Origin: Octopus sinensis
Lineage: Eukaryota
Direction: 5' to 3'
DNA: 64,000 nt
Assembly: GCF_006345805.1 (NCBI RefSeq)
Contig: NC_043022.1
Location: forward strand, 21,018,001 to 21,082,000
The translations under genes were made by a program, and so were the position numbers. The notes below the pieces were generated by a model. That model worked only from the letters and a program-made list of their open reading frames with translations, did no database searches and was not told the DNA's origin. How positions within the stretch are numbered: position 1 is the stretch's first letter; the number at the start of each line of letters is the position of its first letter. Positions 24,831 through 38,759 of this stretch are shown here, piece after piece.

Positions 24831-25414
24831 GATAAATAAGAACATCATTTAATGATGAAATGAATAAGAAAAAAAAAAACAGACTTGATGAAAAAAAAAA
24901 ATGTATAAAAGACTTTTAAAAAAAAGCAGAAAAAAAAATAACTATATCCATTTGTGTGACTTTTGTGCAGTTGTCTTCAGTCCAGTTCTTCCAAATATTG
25001 TCTTAGTCTTAGCAATCTTAAGAAATTCTGCTGGAAAAAAAGGGTACATTGGAATTATTAGTCAGTTACTTGTATAGGTTTTTTTTTTTTTTGTTTCGTT
25101 CTCTTTTTTTTTTTTTTTAGTTTTTATGCATAAACTTTACCATTATGTTGTTGTTGTTGTGCTCAATGCTTTGATATCTCTTTGGTTTTTTTGGGGTTTT
25201 TTTTTCATTCACAAAAACAAAAAAAAATTATAGTCAATTCTGTCATTTTCAATTTGCCAGATTTATTTTTGCTCTAGTCAAAACAAAACATAACAAAACA
25301 AAACAAAACAAGGTAGACAATTATTATATCTGCCTTTATGTTTAATAATTATATCTTGCATGTCACGTCATGCTGTGTGTATGCGCTTGTCTATATGTGT
25401 GCACATATATACAA

Positions 25415-25452
<38 letters not shown>

Positions 25453-26524
25453 ATATACACATATATATATATATATGTGTGTATATACACATACAAATAT
25501 ATATATATATATGTATATATATGTGTATATATATGTGTATATATGTATATATATATATGTGTATATATGTATATATATATGTGTGTATATATGTATATAT
25601 ATATGTGTGTATATATGTATATATATATATGTGTATATATGTATATATATATATGTAACTATATATGTATGTATATATATATATATATGTAACTATATAT
25701 GTATATATATATATATGTATATATATGTATGTATTATATATATGTGTGTGCGTGTATGTTTGTATGTATATATATATATATCTATATATATATATATCTA
25801 TATATATATATATATATAATGTATATATTGTACAACTGCGTGTGTGTGTATAGTTCTTAATTGCTGCTGCATCTGCTGCTGCAGTTGTCTTAGACATTAT
25901 TATTATTATTTCTTTTTTTTTCTGTGTTCTTAAAGTCTCTAAAATAAAATAAACGGTCATTAATTAGCAATGCCAAAGCAAAAGCAAAAAAGAAAAAAAA
26001 GGACTTAAATATAAATAATAACTTAATAATTTATGTTGTGGAGACTTTTCTAGAAACACACATTTTTTTCTGTTGTTTTCATTTTTGTTTGAATTTTTTT
26101 TTTTTTTTTGGTTATTTCAAAAATTTTGATTATTTCTGCTGTTAATGTAAAACAAGACAAAACCCAAAAAAAAAAAAACTGTTATAAAAGAAACTCAATT
26201 TTCTCTATTTATTTTAATGTTGTCACTGATATTTTTATATCTTTTTCCAAAATCTCTATTTAAAAAAAGAAAGAAAAAAAAATGGGCTTCAAAATGGGTC
26301 ATTTTTGTTTTAGTTCTTTATTTGTTTTTTTTTTGTTTCCTCCCCCTCTTTTTTTTTTTTTTGCCGTTCTTAGAATCTCTTATTTCAACCAAAGTATTAA
26401 AATTCTCTTTGACGTTTTATTTATTTGGCTGGAGTTACTTAACCAAACACTCAAATGTTTCTCTCTTGAATCTAACAAAGAAGATCTGCTTTCTACTCTG
26501 TCTCTCTCTCTCTATTTATCTATC

Positions 26525-26558
<34 letters not shown>

Positions 26559-26615
26559 ATGTATATATATGTATATATGTATATATATGTATGTATATAT
26601 GTATATATATGTATG

Positions 26616-26646
<31 letters not shown>

Positions 26647-26808
26647 GTATGTGTATATATATGTATATATATGTATGTGTATATATATGAATATATATGT
26701 ATATATATGTATGTGTATATATATATATATATGTATATGTATGTGTATATATATGAATATATATGTATATATATGTAGTGTATATATATGAATATATATG
26801 TATATATA

Positions 26809-26858
<50 letters not shown>

Positions 26859-27472
26859 ATATATATAACTATTTTATTTAGCTGTCTGGTTATCTACCTA
26901 CCCATTGATCGATCCATCCATCTACCTACCTACCTTAATTGTAATTATTTTCTGTTGCTTTGATAACAACCTGAAGCTCTTAACTTCTAACTCAAAGTGA
27001 CAAGACTCTAGAAATTGTAAGATCAATCAACTCTTTCAGGCTTTGTTTCATTTTTGCTTTTTCCTAATCAATCTCTCAGTACAAAGCTATCGCTATTAGA
27101 CTATTAGGAGAAATTAGGATAAAAATCAGAATTTTTATCCCCTGTTTTCTAGTGCAAATTCTTTGACTATTAAAAGCTAGCATACTGATTTGAAAACGGT
27201 GATGTTTTCTTGAAGAAACTCTGCCAAACAATGCCTCTATTGCTACTTATAATTCCTAACTATTTTCATGGCGATGTCACTGGATGGTTAACTTGATACA
27301 TTCTCACTATCTTAAGCTGATTGTCATCATCAGAGTATAGTGTGGAGCTATGTGAAAGTCTTCCTGGACTGTCATCATCATCTACGTATGAAATCTATTT
27401 CAGTGTAAACGATCCCTGTGGAAGAAACTTTGAAGAGATTAACGATGCTACCCAAACTGTTAATTGTAATGG

Positions 27473-28045
27473 TTTAGCTCTTTGCCATTCAGATTACTCT
27501 GTTCAAATATGTTGCTTATTTATTCCTATTGCTTTGAATTAGTCATGCATTACCTCATAGCTTTGAGATTTTAATGATGTGACTGCTTATTTTTAGAGCA
27601 ACATTGTAGGGTAGGCGTGAGAGGCCGGATCTGGTTGGTTTGAACATAAGACAGATAGAATATTTGGACTAGATATGATCAGTTTAACTGCTAAAGGCTT
27701 AAAGGAAAAGGATACATAGCTTAGTGTAATCCTAAGAAGTTGTCAAATGACTGGAGAGTCAAGGTTTAAAAATTGAGGCCGACAAATTGCGTTCTCTATG
27801 AAATGTAATGCTTATTGATTCACATTGTTTTGAGTTAATCATGCATTATCTCATAGTTTTGAGATTCCAATGATGTGGTTGTTTATTTTCAGAATGACAT
27901 TGTAGAGTATGTATGGAGGCCAGATCTAGCCAGTTTGAGCATAAGACAGGTACAATATCCAGGGTGACTATGGCTGGTTTGAACATAAACCAGGTAGAAT
28001 ATATGGGCCGGATATGCCCAGTTTAAATGTGAAAGGGTTAAGAGT
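27473..28045. mobile_element. Two tandem degenerate copies of the piggyBac-type MITE
   Basis: Repeated core cattatctcatag-tttgagat...gacattgtag...ggccagatct; ends aatgtgaaagggttaa. Confidence 0.65.
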
Positions 28046-29018
28046 TAAGATCTCTATATCAAAGGTGAATGATTTTTTTTTTATTCAAATTTTTATCTGT
28101 AGAAGACTTTTTTGTTTTTGCCTCAAATTAACTTACAGTGTGGTTTTTAAGTTGTTTTTTTTTTTTTTTTATATCCTAAGTATTTTAAATGGTTATGGAG
28201 TTATTTAAGCTTTGAAACTAGCTACTGACCATAATTCACTTGAAGCTTTTCAACAATGAATTTTAATGACGAAAGTTCAAGTGAAAACAAGTTATTTTTG
28301 TATTGTAAGATATTCGAAAAACTAACTTAATATCAAAATATTTTAATGAAAACGTTTATCATCTGAATGCATTTCTTCCTTTATCATAATTATTTATGGT
28401 TCAGGAAGTTAAAACACTGTTCAAACCCCAATACCAGCTTGGGTTTAAGTGTAATAACAATACCTTTACTGACAGAGTTTGCTGTTCTGTCAGTGAAGTT
28501 TAAACAGATATTGTTCGTTTGTTTGTTTTTGAAACAATCATTAAATATACTCTATATTTTTAAACGTGGAAAATATTATTTTCTTACTTTAATCCTTAAA
28601 TTATTGACATAGAATGGACAGACATCTACATGATTGGTGCTTAGACAGACAAACTGTAGTTACACATAACATTAAAATGCTCATTCTGGGATCAGAATTG
28701 GTGTAACCTTAGTCAGATGATAATCGACTGCGGTCTAGTATTGATCTATATGCTTACATCTAATACCATAATAAATACCAATTTCAGGTAGTATATTTTC
28801 ATAAAGAATGGTGGCAATGCAATCTACAATAGCCTTTGGCTCATGTCAAAATATTTTAATTCAGGAAAATATTTTTATATGTTTTATAAAATTTCTCTAC
28901 ATGCAAGGCTGATAAATTTATATTCAAACAACCTTTTTTTTTCCCCCAATTTTTATAGATTATCAAATCAGAACTTTTGTTTCTTGGGGATTTTTTTTCT
29001 TTTTTTTTTTTTAATTAA

Positions 29019-29240
29019 CCCTTTAGCATTCAGTTTATTCTCTCAAATGTAATGCTTATATTTATTCACATTGTTTCGAATTAATTATGCTTTATCTCAT
29101 AGCTTTGAGATTTCGACGACGTGATTGCTTATTTTTAGAACAACATTGTAGGGAAAGAGTGAAAGGCCAGATCTAGCTGATTTGAGCATAAAACAAGTAG
29201 ACTACATGGGCCGGATATGGCCAGCTGAAATGCTAAAGGG
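29019..29240. mobile_element. piggyBac-type MITE (TTAA-CCCT...AGGG-TTAA)
   Basis: TTAA TSD both sides, TIR ccctttagcatt/aatgctaaaggg. Confidence 0.85.
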
Positions 29241-30608
29241 TTAAACTTTTAGTGATAAAATTTCATTCTTTAATTAAATTTTAAATAGTTAACTAAAATA
29301 GGATTGGCTTCACTAATAAAACTAATCAAATACAACTGCTTTGGGTAATTAACCTTTTACTATTATTTAGTAACGGACTTAGGAAGCTGAATGAGAGAAG
29401 TGAGTACGGTCATACAATTATGTCATTCTCTCATTAGCTGCCTTCGTTACATCATTTCATTATTCATCTGTAGAGAACAAATTGCATTGATATACTTTAA
29501 ATAAATTTCAAATAGCCAGACTCGTTAGATGTAGTGAAAAAATTTGTAGGAACACAAATCTATTAATAACAAACCTTTAATGTTTATCATAGGGGGCACT
29601 TTACCTTCTGTCTTTCTTTGTGTCTCTCTCTCCTGTTTTTAGTGAATCTCTTTGCTAGACCCTTCTCTCTTCATGTAAGAAAGCAGACTTTCTGAAATAG
29701 ATATGAAAATATTTTCACACACATACACACACACACACGAATTAAATATAAAGTTTTGGTTTCATTTATTTTCACCCTGTTGAAGATCCTATGCTCTGCT
29801 GTTGAGTCAAATGTTTTGTTAATTTCAGCTGTCTACCTCTTTCTGAAAGATCAATTAATCTTGTCAAATACCTTGTCATTAGTGCTACCAATGAGAGCCA
29901 CCAAAAGGGAAAACATTTTTCTTCTCTTCTTCATTTTTGGATTAAAAAAAAAAAAAATTGCGGGAGTGTATAATTTTTTTCTTTTTCTTTTCTTTTGCAA
30001 CATTTTCACAGCAGTCATTTGTTTTTGATGCACTTTGTTGTTACACAAGACACAAACTAATCTAATAATACCATTTATAGATTACCAAATAAACCTTTTA
30101 CTCTTATCGTTAGATGAATGCGCAGGGAAATTCTACAAATTCTTCAATATTATTCTTGAAAAACAAAACAAAACTAAAACAAAAAAAAAAAAGAAAACCA
30201 CAAATGAGAAAGAAAACAGTTCTATTCAGAAATTATTGCTTCCTATTGGATTTCTTGGTTACAAATTATCTCAATCAGATCGTTTCATTGATCTATATTA
30301 TAAGTTTGACTATTTCATCGATAGTCACACACCATTTTTCTATTTGTCTGTGAGACCACATTATTTATTAGACAAAGAGAAATTACTCTACTTATATATG
30401 TACTGGTGTCTTCTATCAGTGTACAGTTGTAATAAGATGTTATTTTCAGTCAAAAGTCTAATTCTAGAACAATCAAATTTACAGTTACACTTTATATTAT
30501 CCTCAAACTGAAATGGTAAAACTAATGAATAAAGGAGTGATTTGAACATGTGACCTTTGGATCAGCAGTTTGTCATGATATCTGCTTCTCTCAGAGATGT
30601 GAATTTAA

Positions 30609-30832
30609 CGCTTTAGCATTTAGATTACTCTTAAATCTAATGCATATTCATTTACATTGTTTTGAATTAATTGTGCATTATCTCGTTGCTTCGAGACTTC
30701 AGTGATGTGATTGTTTATTTTTAGAATGACTTTGTAAGATAGGTATGAGAGGTCTGATCTGGTCGATTTGAACATAATAAAAAAAAAGGTAGAATATTTA
30801 CGCCTGCAAGAGCCAGTTTAAATGCTAAAGGG
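30609..30832. mobile_element. piggyBac-type MITE, degenerate copy
   Basis: ttaacgctttagcatt...aatgctaaaggg. Confidence 0.75.
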
Positions 30833-33800
30833 TGAAACACCAATTTAATCAACTATATTTCAAATGGACAGTTTTAAAAATCATCTTTACCTGTAAGTAT
30901 AGGAGTTCTATTAACTATTTCTATATTTCGCTAAATTCACCTCAGCACTATTTATATACAAAAAACAATATACATCAGTTGACAATTCTCAGCTCCAGAT
31001 TTCCATTTTTTCTCACCTCAAGGCAGTGCTCTAGCATGGCCGGCCACAGTCTAATGACTGAAACAAGTAAAAAAGATAAACGATAATTACTGATAAGAAC
31101 TAAATTGTTAGTTATTAATCAGTCATTTCTCTTGTTATCACATTTGTTCAAACAAAAAGTCTTTATTCAGTACCTGACCCTGACCACAACAACACATTCC
31201 TTGACAACTCAGCTACAAGAGTTGAAAATAAATCTTCAAGTTAAATAAGTCTGGAGTAGTTCTTTCAAATTTAAGATTTCAACTTCTATTTTTAACACTA
31301 ACCTTCTAGAAAACTTGGCTATTATATATGTAACTGTAAAATGAGGGAAACCATTCCAATAAGTGTATGTGTGTGTGTGTGTGTATATATATATATCATC
31401 ATCATCGTTTAACGTCCGTTTTCCGTGCTAGCACGGGTTGGACAGTTCAACGGGGGTCTGGGAAGCCAGAAGACTGCACCAGGCTCCAGTCTGATCTGGC
31501 AGTGTTTCTACAGCTGGATGCCCTTCCTAACGCCAACCACTCCGTAAGTGTAGTGTGGGTGCTTTTTACGTGCCACCAGCACGGAAGGCAGTCAAGGCTG
31601 GCATCAGCCACGTTTGGATGGTGCTTTTTACATGCCACCGGCACAGATATTACAACTGCAATATCCATTTGATTTTTAATGTTGATGTACTATATATATA
31701 TATATATTACCTATGAGAAGTGTTTCAGGATTGGTGAGTGGTGGGGCAGGCTTATTATTTACTAGAAGTGTAAAGAGAGAGTATATTCTATAAATTGTAT
31801 CATTTTTATCTATTCACATCATCCCTTCCCATAAGATTTTTTCTTTCTCTCCGGTATTATTTTACTCTATTTTTGTTTTCGTTTTGGTCATTCTTAATTT
31901 TGCTCTATCAAAAACTTTCAATTCCTTGTGGCATTTCTGTATAGCACTAAAAAAAAAAACACAAAAAAAAAAAAGGTTTATATGAATGGGATTTACCTCA
32001 GATTGCCAAAAGCAATGAAAAAAGCTTCATTTTTGTACTCATTGCTTCATTAAACCCCCACCCCTTCCACCCCCACCCCCCAGCCCTTTACTCTTTGTGT
32101 CATTGATATGTTTTTGTTGACAGTAAAACTTGTGACCAGATTAGATCAAGTGTTTTCATTAGCCTCTTCCCGACCCTTTACTTACTGGGCGGAACAATTT
32201 TTCAGTTGCTTCTCTCTTTTAGAGTGATGTTTGAAGCATTAGTGGATCACAAGCACGCAGAGTCTGGCTGGGAAAAATATCCTAAAAATACAAATTTATT
32301 CAACTATTTCCATTACTGCTGCTCATTTTGAAGGCATGTTTCTTTTAATAATTCTGTTATTCTGTCTGTTCTCAGATTATTCTGTATCACTTTGGTCAAT
32401 TTGTCCAACTGCTTCAGCTATTACAAACTGATATATATGTGTATATATATATATATACATATATATTATTAATATATTAATTATTATTCTATGCTGTCCT
32501 TGACATTTCTGAATCAGAAATCATGAAACAATAAATGACTACCTTGGGAATGGTATTGTTAATGAAACCCCTATAAATATAATTAGAATATATTTTTAAA
32601 ATATTTTCAGTTATTTCTTTAAAAACCAAAAAAACCCCATTCAATCAATATGACAATCAACTGTGACATTTTCCACAGTTAATAAATTGCTAAATCTTTA
32701 AAAAAAAAATAATAAAAAAATAACCATTTCACAGTTTAAAACTAGAGGAAGTGTGTGTCAACTCTAGTTTGATCCCATTCCATGCGTGTCATTAACTTAT
32801 AGCGGCCTTTACTGGCAGGGAAGTTTTTACTTTTTGTTTTTTTTTTTTTCATTTCAATTTCTCAAAACGGGTGGTAAACAAAAAAAAAAAACAGTGTTCA
32901 TGTCTACTATTTTGCAATTTTTTTCTCTTTCTCTCTTCTTTTTTTTTTTTTTTTTTCTTCCCCCTCCTTCTCTTGATTGCAAGATTTTAATTTTGAAAAC
33001 AATAACTGCTCTCTTTCTCCCATTCCGTACTCTGAAAGACCGATTCCACATTGCTTCCATTTAACAAGAAAAAGAAGAAAAAAAAAATAATAATAAAAAA
33101 AAAACCCATTCCTCCATCATTTTTCAAAATTACATGGCAAAATATGTTCTCATTTATTAACCCTTACTAACTGGTAATTATATTATTGATTTTTTAAATT
33201 TTTTTCCTTTTTATTTTTTATTTTCATTTCTGAGCAATGTTATTATATAAATTCGTATCTGTGTATATTTTTATATAATGCTTCTTAAATTGGATTTCAA
33301 AAACTTTTGTATAATAATAAGGTAAATATTCTTTGGAAAAGAAAAAAAAACTGATCTCATTTGTTACTAATTTTGTCCCCCCTCCCCTTTCATTTCTTGT
33401 TCTGAAGCTGGGAATAATAATTTTTTCAATTAATTTCTTTTTTTTTTTTTTCTGTTGTCTCCTTTTTAATAATACATTATGATTATTAGGAAACCTTTGA
33501 GAAAGATATTCAAATCATTTGAAACAGTTTTCCTTATGTTTCATCTGATTGGGTTTCTTTTTTTTTTTTTTTCTGAAATAGGTGGAGGAAGTGGTATCCC
33601 CCCTTTTTTTTTTAATTTTTTTTTCCCCCCCTCAATCAACCAATGTTTAAACCTGAATGGAATATTGAACTAAGAGAAAATTCAGCAGAGAATTTTCAAT
33701 GATTTCAGTCAAATTATAAGTATTTCGCATCTGTGTTTGTTTTCATTGAAATATTTTTTCTATTCTGTGAGTATTAATTTGATATTGTTGGTTAAGTGAG

Positions 33801-34383
33801 CTGACCTTGTTGTCTAATGGAAACACTGTTCTATGACTCTGTCTATAGTTCCAAGCTAGTCTCCACTAGCTGCCTAGATTTTTGTCAGTGTTCTTGTGCA
33901 ACTTATGATGTGCCACATGTGTAACTACTGTTCTACCCATCTAAGTATATTGTAAATGTTGTGTGCTGTGCCTGGCTGTATGTATGTCTGCGTGTGTTTG
34001 TGTGCATGTCTGCGCGCGTGTACGAATGTATATTTTGGAACACTGCTGTCTGTCAAGCAGAGTGAAGTAATCAACATAGTACTGCTCTAGACATTATCCC
34101 TAACTAAGCAGTATCTGGTTTGATCACAAGCTCATGTATGAGTAGCATACAACACTTTGTAGCATTATTTATATGGTAGGTCAAATGGACCAAAATACAC
34201 AGAAGCAGGATCACTTATTAGGTCCCACTTTATATTGAACTGCTGGAATAATGCCAAAGATAAAATATGTTGAAGATTATCTGTGTTCTTATTGTTTGAT
34301 TATTTACCCTTTGTGTTACCATATTTCATCGCTTGAACTATACTGTTTTTCTTTCAGTGAATTTTTTTTAAAAAATGAAGAAT

Positions 34384-34780
34384 AGGCGCAGGAGTGGCTG
34401 TGTGGTAAGTAGCTTGTTTACCAACCACGTGGTTCCGGGTTCAGTCCAACTGCGTGGCACCTTGGGCAAGTGTCTTCTACTATAGCCTCGGGCCGACCAA
34501 TGCCTTGTGAGTGGATTTGGTAGACAGAAACTGAAAGAAGCCTGTCGTATATATGTATATATATATATATATGTGTTTGTGTGTCTGTGTTTGTCCCCCT
34601 AGCATTGCTTGACAACCGATGCTGGTGTGTTCATGTCCCCGTTACTTAGCGGTTCGACAAAAGAGACCGATAGAATTAGTACTGGGCTTACAAAGAATAA
34701 GTCCTGGGGTCGATTTGCTCGATTACAGGCGATGCTCCAGCATGGCCGCAGTCAAATGACTGAAACAAGTAAAAGAGAGA
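34384..34780 (+). mobile_element. Family-A SINE, full length
   Basis: ggcgcaggagtggctgtgtgg head to aaaagagagagtaaagag tail. Confidence 0.9.
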
Positions 34781-34829
34781 GTAAAGAGTAATACAGTGAT
34801 ATAACTGCATCATTGTTAAGCTGTTTGTT

Positions 34830-35650
34830 AAAGGCAGCAAGCTGGCAGGATTGTTGGCACACCGGGAAAAATGCTTGGCAGCATTTTGTCCATCTTTACA
34901 TTCTGGTTTCAAACTTCACTGAGGTCAACTTTACCTTTCATCCTTTCGGGGTCAATGAAATAAGTACCAGTGGAACATTGGGATTGATGTAATCTATTTC
35001 TTTACTGCCCACAAGGGGCTAAACACAGGGGGGACAAAGAAGGACAGACAAACGGATTAAGTCGGTTACATCGACCCCAGTGCATAACTGGTACTTAATT
35101 TATCGACCCCGAAAGGATGAAAGGCAAAGTCGACCTCGGTGGAATTTGAACTCAGAACGTAACGTCAGACGAAATACGGCTACGCATTTCGCCCGGCTTG
35201 CTAACAGTCCTGCCAGCTCGCCGCCTTATATGAAATATGTACCAGTGGAACATTGGGATTGATGTGATCGACTAGCCCCCATCTGCCCCCAAGAATTTCA
35301 GGCCTTGTACCTATAGTAGAAAGAATTATTAAGCTGTTAAAGGCAGTAAGCTGGTTGAATTATTAGCATGCCAGACAAAATTCTTAGCCATATTTCTTCT
35401 GAGTTCAAATACTGCTGAAGTCAGCTTTGACTTGCATCATTTCAGAGTCGATGAAATGAGTACCAGTTAGCAACCAGGGATCAATGTAAATAGCTTAAAA
35501 GTTTCAGGCCTTGTGTCTATAGTAAGGAAGAAAGAAAACAATTATTATTAAAAGAAGCTGGCAGAATCATTAGCTAACTGGGCGAAATGTTTAGCGATAT
35601 TTCTTTCTGAGTTCAAACACCACTGAAGTCAACTCTGCCTTTTATCCTCA
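34830..35650. mobile_element. Family-B SINE cluster incl. inverted pair
   Basis: 34830-34990(+), 35010-35225(-), further + fragments. Confidence 0.75.
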
Positions 35651-36125
35651 AAGACATACATCATCTCGAAAGAGTCCAGAAGCTGGCTACCAGCATGGTT
35701 CTTGGTCTCAAGCATTTGTCCTCTGAAGAAAAGCTGAAGACGCTCGACCTTTATTCTCTAGAAAAACGACGATGCCGTGGTGATCTCATTCTTGCTCACA
35801 ACATCATAAGCAGAAAGTGTAACCTCTCGAAAGAGCTGTTCTTCATTCCTGCTCCAGAGTGTCGGCTGCGGGGTCACTCCGAAAAGCTCTATCTGTGATG
35901 ATTTCATCTTAATCGAAGGAGAGGCGCTTTCTTCATCCGGGTTGCAGATCCGTGGAATAAGCTGCCGGACGAGATAGTGAAGATGCCGATGACCACTCGG
36001 TTCAAAGTTTCTCTTGACCAGAAATGGCCTGAACTCTTTGCATGAACACCCTCCCTGTACATAACTCCATGTCCCCCTACATGGCCTTGCTTTTTGCTTT
36101 TTGAGCCAAAAAATTAACTTAACCT
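35650..36125 (+). mobile_element. CR1-clade LINE 3' end
   Basis: LERVQKLATSMVLGLKHLS..LKTLDLYSLEKRRCRGDLI..RGHSEKL..RVADPWNKLP; short tandem tail. Confidence 0.9.
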
Positions 36126-36306
36126 AACTTAGCTATTACCCTCCCCCAAAATTTCAGGCCTTGTGCCTATAGAATAAAGGATTATTAATCTGTTGTTCAG
36201 AACATAACATGAAATTTTATTGGTGATCTGTATTATAGAAGCAAGGACAGTCTCAGGTAGGTTGGTATCAATCCCTGCTGCCCTTGTATTTCCTTGTAAT
36301 TTAGAC

Positions 36307-37352
36307 CAGTGGTTCTCAACTAGGGTTAGTATGACCCTTGGTGGGGTCATAGGATTTTTGGGGTCCGTGCAAGTAAAATAGTAAATTGGGGGCCCTCAGT
36401 AGTAGATGACCGAGACCTCTGGCGATATGCTATGCTTGAGAAGTCCTTTCGAGCCAAGTGAGATCGTAGTTGTGACCGATGCTGGTGTCACATAACTGGC
36501 ACTCATACTGGTGGCATGTAAAAAGCACCCACTACACCAGTGGTTCTCAACCTTTTCACTACTAAGGACCCCTTTTATTTAAATGAGCTTTCCCGTGGAC
36601 TCCAGGATATTGAAAGGTCTGATTGCTAAACATGTTCACGGACACTCATTACTAACTTTGCAGATCACTGCACTACACTCTTGGAATGGTTGGCATTAGG
36701 AAGGGCATCTAGCCATTGCAACCATGCCGAATCAGACTGGAACCAGGTGCAGCTCCCCGGCTTACCAGTTCTGTCAAACTGTTGCCAGCATGGAAAACGG
36801 ACATTAAATGATGATGATGATGTATTAATTGCAAGAAACAGCAGAATTTCTTTCTTTAATGTTTTACATTCTATTTATTTATGCGCCCTTTTCAAGCACA
36901 GCACGGCTCATGGGCCCGGTTTCCCCTGTTTCTGTGGCTTATGTGTTCCCCCCAGTTGGACAGGACGCCAGTCCATTGCAGTGTTACCCAAGAAACAGAA
37001 AGAGAGAGTGAGAGAAATTTGGGGTGAAAGAGTACAACAGGGGTCACCACCACCCCCTGCCAGAGCCTCATGGAGCTGTAGGTGTTTTCGCTCAATAAAC
37101 ACACACAACGCCGGTCTGGGAATCGAAACCACGATCCTCCAACCGCAAATCTGCTGCCCTAACCACTGGGCCATTGCGCCTCCAATGTTTTACATAGTTC
37201 AAACTATAAAAGTGAAAGTGTTAAAAACAAAATCATAATTGTGACAAAAGTAATCTATAAAACTAGATTCAGTCTTCAAGAAGCAACGGGGGTCCACCAA
37301 TGTAAAATTGTAATCAAAGATGTCCATAGGTAAAAACAGTTGAGAACCACTG
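36307..37352. mobile_element. hAT (Charlie-like) MITE with nested insertions
   Basis: Perfect 14-bp TIR cagtggttctcaac and 8-bp TSD ATTTAGAC (36299-36306, 37353-37360). Confidence 0.9.
36538..36670. mobile_element. 133-bp mini-hAT inserted in a SINE
   Basis: cagtggttctcaac...gatcactg ends, 8-bp TSD CACTACAC. Confidence 0.8.
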
Positions 37353-38391
37353 ATTTAGACAAACCACAATATGAGAAATCCTCCTCACATTCCATAACTC
37401 ATTTGGTTTTAGTCTGAGAGATACTTTGATACTAGCTTCTACTTGGAATCCACTCTATTATACTTGAACTATCTTCTCTTCTATAAAATATCTCTAGGCA
37501 TTAGTATAACTTGTAATATTTTCACATTAATTGATTAAACATTTACATTGCCAAGAGCACCATCCAAGTGTGATCGTTGCCAGAGCAGCCAACTGGCTTC
37601 CATACCCGTGGCATGTAAAAGGGCACCATTCGAGCGTGATCGTTACCAACGTTGCTTCACTGGCACCTGTAAAAAGATTCGAGCGAGGTCGTTGCCAGTA
37701 CCGCCTGACTGGCCCCTGTGCCGGTGGCACATAAAGAGCACCCACTACACTCTCGGAGTGGTTGGCATTAGGAAGGGCATCCAGCTGTAGAAACTCTACC
37801 AGATCAAGATTGGAGCCTGGTGCAGCCATCTGGTTCGCCAGCCCTCAGTCAAAATCATCCAACCCATGCTAGCATGGAAAGCAGACGTTAAACGATGATG
37901 ATGATGATGATTGGCTATGAAAGGATCCATAAATGGAACACATTAATTTCTCATCCTTAATTTTTACTGCTGTATTTTTGGGTATACAAATCGAAGTTTT
38001 CAGGTCAAAATTTACGGCCAAAAAAGTAAAGTCAACATCTACACCGAGACAACTTTGGAGGACCAAAAATTACATGTGAAATGCAGCAAGATTTTCAAAG
38101 ATAGTGATGCTGTTTGAATGTCAACACTATTTGCTATGTTGACTTGTATGTTGGAGAAAATGGTAAATGCTAAGTTGTAAATAATTTGTGTTGAAATAAG
38201 ACTGGGACTTTAGGATGATTCCTGGATAAAGATCATCTTTGTTGTCATTTATAATAATAATGAAATTATTGTATACAGTGCCCAGGTGCACCACAACTTG
38301 TCAGAGTATATGCAGTAATGTACAAATGTCTGGGAAGCGAACAATGCATGAGTCAGATACATGCTTGTGTGTGTATGGAGGGGCGAAAATC

Positions 38392-38645
38392 AGGTGTAGT
38401 GTTGGTGAATCTCAGAAAGCATGGAAGTTTTGAAGGATGCAGTGCTCCGACAACTAACAACTGATGCCGGCAGTTTGTTCCATGCTTCAGCAACTCTCAG
38501 CGTGAAAAAATGTTTCCTGAAGTCATGGGAGCTGTGCTGTTTTCTGACTTTGTAAATATGTCCACGGGTGTTAGATGGGTGGAGTTTGAAAAGGTGCTCA
38601 GAGTTATTATTGGTACGATGGGTGTCTGCCAAGTCAGCTGCCAGT
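38392..38645 (-). mobile_element. CR1/L2-clade LINE 3' end (second family)
   Basis: NTRGHIYKV..FRKHFFTLRVAEAWNKLPASVV. Confidence 0.85.
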
Positions 38646-38759
38646 AATCTCTCTTGTGGTAATCTCTCTTAAAATAGTAATCTCTTTTGTGGTTAATCAA
38701 ATTGATCACCAAGCTGAAATTTCTTGTAGTTGGTCAGATTGACCACCAGGCTACAGTCT

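Noticed and set aside
27321-27542. 73-aa + strand ORF
   Set aside because: Runs into a MITE and has no homology I recognise; more likely the antisense shadow of the candidate minus exon.
32739-32770. Short 9-bp hairpins (also ~28467-28493 and ~32010-32048)
   Set aside because: Too short to distinguish from chance in AT-rich DNA.
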